Positions 10,091 to 20,000 of a DNA stretch of 20,000 nucleotides are shown here, one piece after another. Made by a program: the position numbers and the translations under genes. Positions within the stretch are counted from its first letter, which is position 1. Every line of letters starts with the position of its first letter. The notes below the pieces were generated by a model. The model had not been told where the DNA came from, ran no database searches, and was given only the letters and a program-made list of their open reading frames with translations. The DNA is from Trichoplax sp. H2 (Eukaryota), in NCBI GenBank assembly GCA_003344405.1, contig NOWV01000194.1:121606-141605 (forward strand). The letters run 5' to 3'.

Positions 10091-11025
10091 AATGAGGATG
10101 ATTTTATCTCTATTGCAAGTGATTAATACTATCTTCATGTATGGTTACATAATCGTTCAATATCGATTACTAGCTAGTCATAATTAAAATACACCATCAA
10201 ATCATATTTGGCAGTTCTTTTACAATTTTCAGTTTAGCATTGATTAACAAACGTATTAATAACCCTAATATTGTAAAGAGTTGATGTAAATTCTTACCAG
10301 CAATCGAATAGTCGATTCTCATCCGGTACAACGATTTGAACGAAATAGATAGAATTGAGTTCAAAGACTATGCTAATAGATTCTTAATAATAAAATAAGA
10401 AAATGGAATGTTAAAGTTAGCGTACAACAACTTGGCAAGATTATCATTGACCAGCTCTATCTCGAAGTAACGTTCGAAATACAATAAGGCATCCAATTGT
10501 AAGCACAACTAAGAAATCAAGTTGATTCTAATAGTTAGGCTCTTTCCCATCAATGTCACCGATGTAGTCGATAAAGTAGTCAAAATGAATTATATCACAG
10601 TAATTAACTGGTATTTTTCTTATATAGCTTATCCTAGTACCCATAAGTTCAGCAGTAGGATAGCATATATTTTATAGGATTGCTATAAGTTAGTGTACTC
10701 AAAAATCACGTCAATAGAAACAATTCATTTTAAAAAATTGTTCGTCAAGATAAAATAATATTTATGTAGACAACAATCATTCGAGTAACTTGCTACTACA
10801 GTTCATTTTCTATCGTTCTTACATATCCCTAAAGGAATACAACAAAATCAATGCAATCTTAGGTCATTTGTTACAATCGATAGAACTCCTATATAGTAAA
10901 ATAGACCATATTCTTCTTGGCTCCAAAATCAACAGTTTTGCATAAAACAATTTGAAACATGTTTATAAACATGTCTACTTCAACTACGATTTATCGTTTT
11001 TCAATTTGCAGCCTAAACCTAAAAT
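10091..11025 (+). repeat. 3' flank of TPR gene 2, paralogous to 473-1450
   Basis: Colinear with the gene 1 downstream flank until about ttttcaatttgcagc (~11010). Confidence 0.88.
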
Positions 11026-11071
11026 TCATTTATTATTCCTTTATAAGTCGACATCACTGTCATTGATCAAC

Positions 11072-11465
11072 TGTAACTGAGTCGCAATTTGTCACAATCG
11101 TAATGTAGTAAAGGACTAAAAGTAGAGTCCTTTGTAGCTTTTAGTATGTAACTAGTATTATTTTACTATAGAAAATACCTAGAAAACGATAGTGTCTTTA
11201 AGTTTTACCCTGCCAAGTCATCATGTCGTCATCTTTTCTTCTTCATATTTTTACAAGGTATTATATAGATTAATTACTATAGAAGTAGCCCTAGAGCAAT
11301 TGCCTAATCTAGAGAAAGGGCGTTTGATCGTCTATTCAAATTGTAAAGGAATTTGACTTAGTAACAAAACCCTATCCTTAGAGAAAGGGGATTTATAACA
11401 TGACGGTTAAATACTGTAATGTAGTCTATAATCGTACAGTTACCGTACAATCTGACGCTAGAACA
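11072..11465. mobile_element. Solo LTR-like element C (394 bp)
   Basis: Starts TGTAAC and ends AGAACA. Perfect 5-bp direct repeat TCAAC at 11067-11071 and 11466-11470. It could also be read as a 9-bp repeat atcaactgt around a different element type. No canonical AATAAA seen. Confidence 0.5.
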
Positions 11466-11597
11466 TCAACTGTTAATACTCAGCGATACTAATGTCAGAA
11501 AAATAGTCGTAATAGTCATATAAAATTTTTTGATAAGCGATTACTGTGATCTTTATAAAATCCGGATTTTTCGGATTCGGATTCCGGAACCGGTTGG

Positions 11598-11661
11598 ATT
11601 TATGTCCGATATAATTTTCCTGTTTTAATTTATGTCTGATATAATTTTCCTGTTTTAATTT
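11598..11661. repeat. 30-bp tandem duplication (2 copies)
   Basis: atttatgtc(c/t)gatataattttcctgtttta twice, with one mismatch. Confidence 0.9.
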
Positions 11662-12264
11662 TTGGATTTTTGTTCATGAAAAATATCGTAAGAGTTGATT
11701 TTTGAAATTTGAACATTTTGCTATCAATTTGAAACTTTGGAATTTTATGACGTGACTTTAAAGTCACATTAGGAAAGTTAGTTAGGAAAATAGAAAATAA
11801 GACGGAAATTGGCAGAGGTTATGTTGATTGTTAAGTAGTTAGACTGCTGTTTTTATGACTAAATCTAGATGTTTAAAGGTTGATTTTTAGACTTTTATAG
11901 TGTATTAATGATAGAAATTAAGTTAGAAGTGAAGTTTGATATATTTTCATAGTTAACTTGTTGGTTTTATTTTAACGTAAATTTTTATTAATATGNNNNN
12001 NNNNNNNNNNNNNNNAATTTTTGGATTTTTGTTCATGAAAAATATCGTAAGAGTTGATTTTTGAAATTTGAACATTTTGCTATCAATTTGAAACTTTGGA
12101 ATTTTATGACGTGACTTGTTTTTATGACTAAATCTAGATGTTTAAAGGTTGATTTTTAGACTTTTATAGTGTATTAATGATAGAAATTAAGTTAGAAGTG
12201 AAGTTTGATATATTTTCATAGTTAACTTGTTGGTTTTATTTTAACGTAAATTTTTATTAATATG
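11657..12264. other. Assembly gap (20 N, 11996-12015) flanked by near-identical duplicate sequence
   Basis: 11657-11995 is repeated at 12016-12264, except that the second copy lacks 90 bp (11759-11848). Confidence 0.9.
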
Positions 12265-12729
12265 TAAATTTTTATTAATATGAATAAAACTGAAATTAGA
12301 TTAATACCTAATAGCTAGACATTATTGTACCCGTATCTATACCTAGTGCTTGTTTACATAATTTTTTTCAAGTATAAAAACCTGATGGCTGATATAGAAG
12401 GCCAGTGTAATATCTTTATTGATATTTAGATATACATAGATGAAATTGTCAGTCTTTGTAAGACTGCAATGTTCTTAAAATGTACTTCTACATTGTGAAG
12501 GTAAGAAATTACTCAATCGTGGCGGTTTTCAAAGAATTGTAACGTCAAAATTAAACCTATTACTAGAAAGTTTTTATTATTTGCTCTGCAGTGCTAGATG
12601 ATTGTATAATAATTAGTTTTACCCATCCAATATTTGTATAACTGTGTATACCGATCCCAGTCAAAAATTTTTATCATAATTTGAACACTGTTCAATCGGT
12701 TTTTCATGCGTGTTTATTCCTTCACATAG

Positions 12730-14836
12730 ATGCCATTGTATTTCTTAAGTACAAGTTATGGATTAATTATAACTATTGATTGGTTAATGCTAGTGAATAC
12801 GAAATAGTTTATTTCTGTACAATTATGGAGAGCAATAAAAGCTAGCAACTGTCTACTGCTTTATTCGGTGGAAATAAACAGCTTATGCGTCTTATCAAAT
12901 ATCAACAATCTATTAGATACATTTTACCTTTCGATCTGCATCTCCTATTACATTATGATAATATATGTGCTGGTAATGAAATTATGTAATTACTTGTAAG
13001 CACACGCTTTAATCGTAGTCGTAGAATGCAGAATTTAAAATAATATACCAGATATCCTAATCGTGGATTGGTCGAATAAGAAACAAAATTTCTATATCAA
13101 AGCTGGGATGATGACCTAAACTCTAATGCTGCCTATACAAAAATCAACATGAGGTTGATTGTAATATTTTTGTAGCTAGTCGTTGCTAAATACTATTTAA
13201 GACATGTATTAATTTTTGGTTTGTATTACATGATTGGAGAACGAGGACGAGGACGATTATCTATCTTCTGATGCATTGTCTCCATACGACTGTATGAATA
13301 GCTGCTCTCCAGGATTGGCTACGGTATTTCTTCTTCAATGGCAATGATATAGGATTACTATAGAGCAAGGAGCCATTAAAATTCGATGAACGATGATAAG
13401 TTTTAATAGTATTAAGTTACTCATTTGATAGAAATAGCCAATTCTGATATTTTGGTATTTTGTGGACCTTATCAAATAGATGCAAAATATGATCTATGTG
13501 CACTCGGCATATATTATATTCAGTTAGTATTATCAATTATTAAGATATTAAGTATATAAGGCAAGCGTAGAATCTAATTCGATCAAATGCATGCAACTAA
13601 ATCGTTTATCAAGTTTTGATGTACTTAGTTTATATATGAAGAAAGAATGTAATAATCGAATTATGATGATTTTTAGAAGCGCGAATTTTTATAAATGTCA
13701 TATTATTTTAAAAATAAAAATTATCATCTTTACAGATACAATTGAATGGTTTTAAAAGATTGTACGAATATAATTAATTCAAGATTATATATTATAGATC
13801 GTATCTGTTTTGATGTACTGTACATTCGATTACTCGTAAATAGACAATATAAGATTTACATAAAAATTGAACAATAAATGTAGTGTACGAGTTGATAGCC
13901 CTAGGTTCGTAATCCGTCAACTCAAAATTCTGAGTTGTTAAAATCGAGCAAATCCCTCATGTGACACAAAATAGTCAACACCGTATAATTGCCTGGTAAC
14001 AGTTAAGTTTATTAACGTACGGGTGTCGTCCGTCGGAGAAGAATTCTAATTTCTTCCCCTCGTAATAACAGTCGAAAATGGCTAAGATAAACCGGATAAT
14101 CGACCTAGCCTCCACGATAACAATTCTATACAACCTATACAAATTCTGATCAATTGCTCCTCTACATAGGAGTCATCAATCACATTAGTACATTGCTTAA
14201 TAACATTACTTAATATGGCTATCAGCTACGGCCTTATATAGCACATATTTTTCAAAGACATACTGTACAGTTCTACACTACATACTAAACTGTATTACCT
14301 ACACAAAACTACTGTAGTTAGCTGAAATCACTATAGCAAAGTACTTTAGCAATAGTCTATCAATACGTCAAATGTGAATTTAGTCCAAGCTTAGAATAAA
14401 ATAAGCAGGTATTTAATTCACTGGTCTAAGTCGAATAAACTAAATTCATACTTCGACACATGTTTGTAAGGTAGATCGACAATAAAGAATGTAGAGCGCA
14501 GGAGATTAATCCAATTACTGTAGAAAAGTGAGAAAAGACGAACAACGAATACGATAAAGTAAATTAGGAAAATAATTATTCTTAGTAGTTATTAATGTGA
14601 GTTGTAAGATACATAGTAGAATACAATTAGTGCTGAAACACTAGATGATACAAAGATAATGATTATACAAACTTGTATCTGTGTTTTAAGAAGTATACCT
14701 ATTACAATTTGCGTAAATTTTTGATGTAAGGAATACAACGTTCAACAATTGTCAACCATTTTATCATTTTACTGCCTATACCTGGTGCATGGCGTATTGC
14801 ACAATGTCTAACTTCATCCAGTGTGTTCTCTGGTAG
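12730..14836 (+). pseudogene. Heavily decayed multi-exon trypsin-like (peptidase S1A) gene relic
   Basis: Motifs occur in S1A order: LFGG...KYQQSIRY...ICAG (12861-12972, one frame, then GT); ILIVDW...FYIKAG (13052-13107); NDIGLL*SKEPLKFDE (13343-13390); KVL*Q...QA*NKISRYLI...FDTC followed by GTAAG (14338-14470); LSTILSFYC...GVLHNV/NFIQ (14749-14821). TAAHC and GDSGGP are not recognisable. Confidence 0.4.
13879..14335 (-). mobile_element. Solo LTR-like element B2 (457 bp), inverted diverged copy of B1
   Basis: The reverse complement aligns to 9328-9784 at both ends and in the core (taataacagtcgaaa.tggc.aagataaaccggataatc). TTTATT at 14008-14013 sits the same 129 nt from the element 3' end as AATAAA in B1, and GGCCTTATA is conserved. 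Plus-strand ends are TGTAGTG...CACTATA. The TSD is degenerate (ataaa/gcaaa). Confidence 0.8.
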
Positions 14837-16539
14837 GAGGGAATAGAATATTAGCCATCGTCTACAAAATTAAATTTACTTTCGACAATGATCATTTGAC
14901 TGTAGATTACGATATGATTTTGACAGAAGGTGAATAATTTATCTTTCTCATTTGAGATATTATGAATTAAGTAAGAAATATTTACCCGTATACTGGTATA
15001 CATGTCTAGTATCAGTTTTAACTATGCAATATTGCAGTAAATTAGTAATAGAAATATAGAAAATGTTGTTGCAAAGCGACATAATTAATAACAGAAAATG
15101 TCTAGTATCCGTTATTATTTCTGCATTGCAATATTTCTATATACTAAACTTGTTATAGACTGTAATTTACATTTACAGGAATCATTTGTAAATTATTAGT
15201 GGTATCCTACATTACAATCAATTCACATTATTTTAATTTCGCTGATAACAATTGTATGTTACTAATACTTGTGAACATTATAGTAATTGCAGGTAAAGAT
15301 AATTGTATTAGATATAGTCTAAATATTAGCAGTATTGTGTACGGTGCAGTAGTGAATAACTGTGTGTACTCAGTTATACATTTTAATCATAGCATCTACG
15401 ATATATTTATTTTCAGTAACGGATAAATGTATGTTAAAATAAAAAGTTTCTATAATTGGCTAAAATACGAGTATGTTACTAATTATAATCTTTATCCTTA
15501 TAAAAGAATTTGGAAAGTAGTTGGTAACTGCAATTAGTGATAATGGCTGCAGATATCAAGATAAGTATATAGCCAGGTAAGTTTAGATGATATACTAGTT
15601 CTTTCTTGTAATCGAATGATGTAAAAATCAAGATCCTAAGCTATACTTTTTACAAAACTTTAATTCTACTTGGTGCATCCCGGTCGACTTAATGTAGCTT
15701 TGACAACAAATAAAATAGAGAAACAATCGCACAACAATTCAAAATTTACAAAGAAATAGTCTATCAATCTTTCAAATAGCTTGTTGCTACGGCTTACAGA
15801 AAAAAGTTAACAATTTCACATGCAATCAATTGACCTACAAAGTTATTTATCTTTAACTATTTCTTCAAATATGATTCTTCTGTACTCAAAAATTTTATGA
15901 TTGCAACGTCATTTACAGGCTTCGTAAACTAAATCTCCTTATGCAAATTTGATATCGCACCAAAAATTTTCAAGTTTCCAAATTTACAGCAAAAATTCAG
16001 TTTCACAAAATTCTTACTTACTAAAATTCCCAATCAGAAAATTCAATACTTTTTATTCATCATGCAATGGTTCAAGCCGCTACCTTGCATGCGTATATAA
16101 AATCATATATTCATAGCGTAGTTATGAAATCTGTTGCTATTAATAGAGGAAAATATACGAGGCTATATTCTCTTGCTACATCTTATCATTTCTGCTCGTA
16201 ACTGAAGATATAGTAATAAACCACTCAGCCGACTATCAGACATTGCATCACATGTAATAAAATCTACAAGTAAAAACAAATTATAATCTATGATCATCAT
16301 GGTTTACACTTATGCAGCACGCGGTAATAAGTATACTAGTTTTGATAAATAATTGAATTAGTTTATAGTAAAATCATTGTCCTAACATGTAATTAATTAA
16401 TGTAGAAATTGTAATGAAATTCATAATGGTACATGGCTACAAACTACTGGTAAGTACAGTACACGGTATAAAGTTACTGAACCTCTGACAGGTCTATCAA
16501 ATGGTAATACCATCTGTTAAATGAGCACATTATCGTAAA

Positions 16540-16570
16540 CCGTCAGCAAAGCGACGGGAGTTTGTACTAG
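16540..16570 (+). mobile_element. Helitron-type 3' terminus (hairpin + CTAG|T)
   Basis: CCGTC-a-GC-aaa-GC-GACGG hairpin (16540-16557), 9-nt spacer, CTAG at 16567-16570, then T. The paralogous site (~5627) reads ...tcA|Tattattcaaatc without it. The 5' TC end was not located. Confidence 0.6.
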
Positions 16571-16596
16571 TATTATTCAAATCACGCTTGTATTAT

Positions 16597-17159
16597 TGTA
16601 ACGAAACTTAGTATTGTGATTGTAGACTTTTAGCCATGTTAGTAAGATGCACGGAAGCGTAACTTTCTATATTTATCTTAAGACGTAATTGGTAACTCGC
16701 TACTACAGACTGTCACGGTAGATTCTATGCTATAGTACAGATGACTATATATAGCGAGGTGTTGAGTTACTATTATGGCTAGAGGTAAAAATAGAACTGT
16801 AATTCATATATTAGGATATGCTTAGTTTACCGTACTTTGACTGCTAAGAATAATATCTACAGAAATACTGTTGTTGTTTCCATATCGGGTTAATATGGGT
16901 CCGCTGTAAAATGTTGCCACTAATAATAATTAGACTATGCGTAAATTAAGGTGGAATGTTGCTATGCTGATTGTGGCTGTGACTGTTATGACATGAATAT
17001 TAGCTGGTAACTTTAGACTATTCAGTTCGTTCTTTCTGGAAGTCCTTCAATAGTCGTTTACGGCTAGAGTAGAGTTGTGTCTAGCTAGTCTTTGTATTAG
17101 ACCTAATAAAGTTCTAATTTTCTACAACTTTATAATTGCCGTGATTGGATTTTATCACA
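16597..17159 (+). mobile_element. Solo LTR-like element D (563 bp)
   Basis: Termini TGTAAC...ATCACA. Perfect TSD ATTAT at 16592-16596 and 17160-17164. The empty site is visible in the paralog (~5640 tcacgtttgc-attat-gtacatttc). TATATATA at 16746 and AATAAA at 17105-17110. Confidence 0.85.
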
Positions 17160-18530
17160 ATTATGTACATTTCTCGCAGATTGATTTAATGTACGTACTG
17201 ATCGTGCATTTCTACGTTGTTCACTTCGCTTTCGCCTATTAGATAGCTAACTAACTGACATTATCCTCTTAGAAGCTTTTTTTGTTGTATGAAATATAGC
17301 AATCAAAAATAACCGGGACAGGGGAACTACAGTAGGATAACACTATGAATTGCATGAGAGCAATAGAACTAATAGTACCTACTGATGTGTATCAATCACG
17401 AATACCTTCTCCATAATATTTACATAAACCCTATAGATCACTCATTTCTATACCAATTCAAATTTCGTTAAGTAACTTTCGTATTAATATGTTTACCGAA
17501 TAAGGATGGTTACTATATACAGTATTAATGGTATGTTAAGGTTGGTAAGCGAAACTGTCAAATATACGTTTATACTCAATTCGTTAATAAATTAACAGAT
17601 AGTATTATCATTCGATATTATATATGTCCCAGTAATAGTAATGTACTATGCTATATTAAGATTAGTTAATGGTCCAAAGCACATTATGATAACTAATGTA
17701 CGGTGATGGACATACCAAGTTAAGATTAGCAGGTACGGTAAGATATCGATAGTGCGGTTCAATGTCCTTAGTACTGTGGTCAATTCTATACCAATCATTA
17801 TAATGTACCTTTAAGGATCGCTTGCGTATGCAAGCAAAGCTTGCTATGTCGATAACAACCGTTATAAGAAAATGTAACAGTCAAAATGGCTATGTAGAAA
17901 ACTCTATAACGATTCTATGTTTATTCAATTTTCATCAGAGTATTACATCAAATCAAAGTTGAAAGGCCCAGTGGCCACCCTTAGCGATATAACGAATACT
18001 ATTTTAAAAATCAGTACTCTGCAGGAATGACTACCTTAGAGCTATTCGTTTTACATGAAGAAATGTTGAGGTAAAAAGTACTGTAAGAACCTTATACTGA
18101 CCTATTGAAATGAGCCTATAATCACAGTCATGTAACAGTAGTATAAATACCCCCCGCGCTGCTCGTTTCAAGGGAGGGTGGGTACTCACTCTAGTGGGTA
18201 GGATTAAAAGCTTTAGTAGAATGGTGGCGATAATGACGCCTGCGCATTTGCCACATTGGATCGCTGATATTATAATGATGTAGGGAATAACTAATGAGCA
18301 TTAACCAATTGGGGTGTATATGATCATATCAATTTAACAGTATCCTTAACAGAAGTAGACTTTGAAATATCGATTGAACGTTGAAGATAGCTATTCTGTA
18401 GGTTTCTGTAGATCTATCACAATGGCCATTCGTATAGTTATCTAAATTTAGCGAATACATCGAGAAGAGCATAAAGTACAAATCTATTTTCTTCTATCCT
18501 ATCTGTTGGTTCTTATTCAAAACTGAAAAT

Positions 18531-20000
18531 ATGGATAATCTGTCTACTATGACTATTCGCAATAAAATAGAATCTCTACACAGAAAGGGTCGGAAGTATC
18601 AAAATCGTCAACGTTACGAGCGGGCGATTTATTGTTATAGAAAAGTTATTATTCAAATAAAATCGATACTCAAAGGTAACAATAATGCTCATCAACTTGA
18701 ATATAATGTTCGCCTTGATTTGGCTGATTGTTATAGAGAAAAATATCAATGGATAAAAGCCCGTGAATGGGTTAGTAAAGCAAAGAAATTAGCTAAACAA
18801 CTACAAGACGAAGTGAAGATTGCAATGTGCTTGGACAGGCGGGGTGAGATTAAACGACTTGAGGGTAACTGGAGTAGCGCCTTGGCAAATTTTAAATATT
18901 CTCTTGATTTGAAATTGAAATCGTTAGGAAGTGAAAATATCGATGTTAGAGACTCCTATAATAACATTGGCGCTGTATACACTAATCAAGGCAAGTATGG
19001 TAAGGCTTTGGCCATGTATAATAAATCAGTGCAGATTAACTCGAAAATTAAAGGCGAGAATGATGCAGGCGTTGCTACATTATATAACAACATTGGTAGT
19101 GTCTACGATAATCAAGGCAAATATGACGACGCTCTATCGATGTATAACGAATCGCTCAAGATTAGAGTAGTAAGACTTGGTGACAATCATCTTCATGTTA
19201 CCGACTCCTATAACAACATTGCGCTTGTCTATGATCATCAAGGCAAGTACGATGACGCTCTATCAATGTACAACAAATCGCTCGAGATTAGACTAAAAAC
19301 ACTTGGCGATAACCATCCAAGTGTTGCCGAGTCATATAACAACATTGCACTTGTCTATAAGAATCAAGGCAAGTATGACGACGCTCTATCAATGTTTAAC
19401 AAATCACTCAAGATTAGACTAGAAATACTTGGTGAAAATCATCCGAGTCTTGCTACGTCATATAACAACATTGGTGGTGTTTATGATAGTCAAGGCAAGT
19501 ATGACGACGCTTTATCGATGTATAACAAATCACTCGACATTAGACTAGTAACTTATGGTAACAATCATCCGAGTGTTGCCGACTCATATAATAATATTGC
19601 AACTGTCTATTGGAATCAAGGCAAGTATAATGACGCTCTAACAACGTATAACGAATCATTCAAGATAAGACTAGCGACACTTGGTGACAATCATTCGAGT
19701 GTTGCCGACTCGTATAACAACATTGGTGGTGTCTATTGGAATCAAGGCAAGCATGACGACGCTCTACCAATGTTTAACAAATCACTCGAGATTAGACTAA
19801 AAACACTTGGCGATAATCATCCGAGCGTTGCCGACTCATATAACAACATTGCAAGTGTCTATCATCATCAAGGCAAGTATGATGAGGCTCTATCAATGTA
19901 TAACAAATCACTCAAGATTAGACTAGAAACTCATGGCGACAATCATCCGAGCCTTGCGGAATCATATAACAACATTGGAGGTGTCTATTATAATCAAGGT
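18531..20000 (+). CDS. TPR-array gene 3 (3'-partial): same N-cap + at least 8 complete 42-aa TPRs
   Basis: In-frame ATGs at 18531 and 18549 (the latter equivalent to 6092): MDNLSTMTIRNKIESLHRKGRKYQNRQRYERAIY... The frame is open to the window end (...LAESYNNIGGVYYNQG). It is absent from the ORF track because there is no stop in the window. Confidence 0.93.
   Translation, partial: MDNLSTMTIRNKIESLHRKGRKYQNRQRYERAIYCYRKVIIQIKSILKGNNNAHQLEYNVRLDLADCYREKYQWIKAREWVSKAKKLAKQLQDEVKIAMCLDRRGEIKRLEGNWSSALANFKYSLDLKLKSLGSENIDVRDSYNNIGAVYTNQGKYGKALAMYNKSVQINSKIKGENDAGVATLYNNIGSVYDNQGKYDDALSMYNESLKIRVVRLGDNHLHVTDSYNNIALVYDHQGKYDDALSMYNKSLEIRLKTLGDNHPSVAESYNNIALVYKNQGKYDDALSMFNKSLKIRLEILGENHPSLATSYNNIGGVYDSQGKYDDALSMYNKSLDIRLVTYGNNHPSVADSYNNIATVYWNQGKYNDALTTYNESFKIRLATLGDNHSSVADSYNNIGGVYWNQGKHDDALPMFNKSLEIRLKTLGDNHPSVADSYNNIASVYHHQGKYDEALSMYNKSLKIRLETHGDNHPSLAESYNNIGGVYYNQG

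Larger units (their letters stand above)
15234..18548 (+). repeat. 5' flank of TPR gene 3, paralogous to 4594-6091 but expanded by extra segments
   Basis: Colinear with the gene 2 upstream region apart from extra segments at about 15791-16070, 16597-17159 and 17195-18240. Confidence 0.88.

Noticed and set aside
12373..12505. Exon-like segment (MADIEGQC... ending AG|GTAAGA)
   Set aside because: In-frame stops and no recognisable homology. It may belong to the decayed protease gene, but this cannot be supported.
15199..15426. 75-aa ORF
   Set aside because: GTG start and no domain. The paralogous sequence at about 4600-4790 keeps frame for two indels but then has a 14-nt frameshifting indel.

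Overview
AT-rich, intron-containing eukaryotic (animal) DNA. The repeat type and composition resemble placozoan (Trichoplax-like) sequence; this is inference and was not searched. The window holds a head-to-tail cluster of three paralogous + strand genes made of 42-aa (126-bp) kinesin-light-chain/NPHP3-type TPR repeats. Gene 1 shows only its 3' end (1-472). Gene 2 has an ORF at 6092-8770 plus a decayed, LTR-interrupted tail to 10090. Gene 3 runs from 18531/18549 off the window end. Their 5' and 3' flanks are also duplicated. Repeat scaffolds are highly conserved, a few helix-A positions vary strongly, and paralogs differ by whole repeat units. The ORF track misses several features in the spacers. 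These are a spliced Death-domain gene (exons 2501-2548, 2671-3017) with a possible decayed DED upstream, a heavily decayed trypsin-like (S1) protease relic (about 12730-14836), and five TGT...ACA solo-LTR-like elements (three with perfect 5-bp TSDs, two being inverted copies of one 457-bp family). There is also a Helitron-type 3' terminus and an assembly gap flanked by an allelic-looking duplicate.
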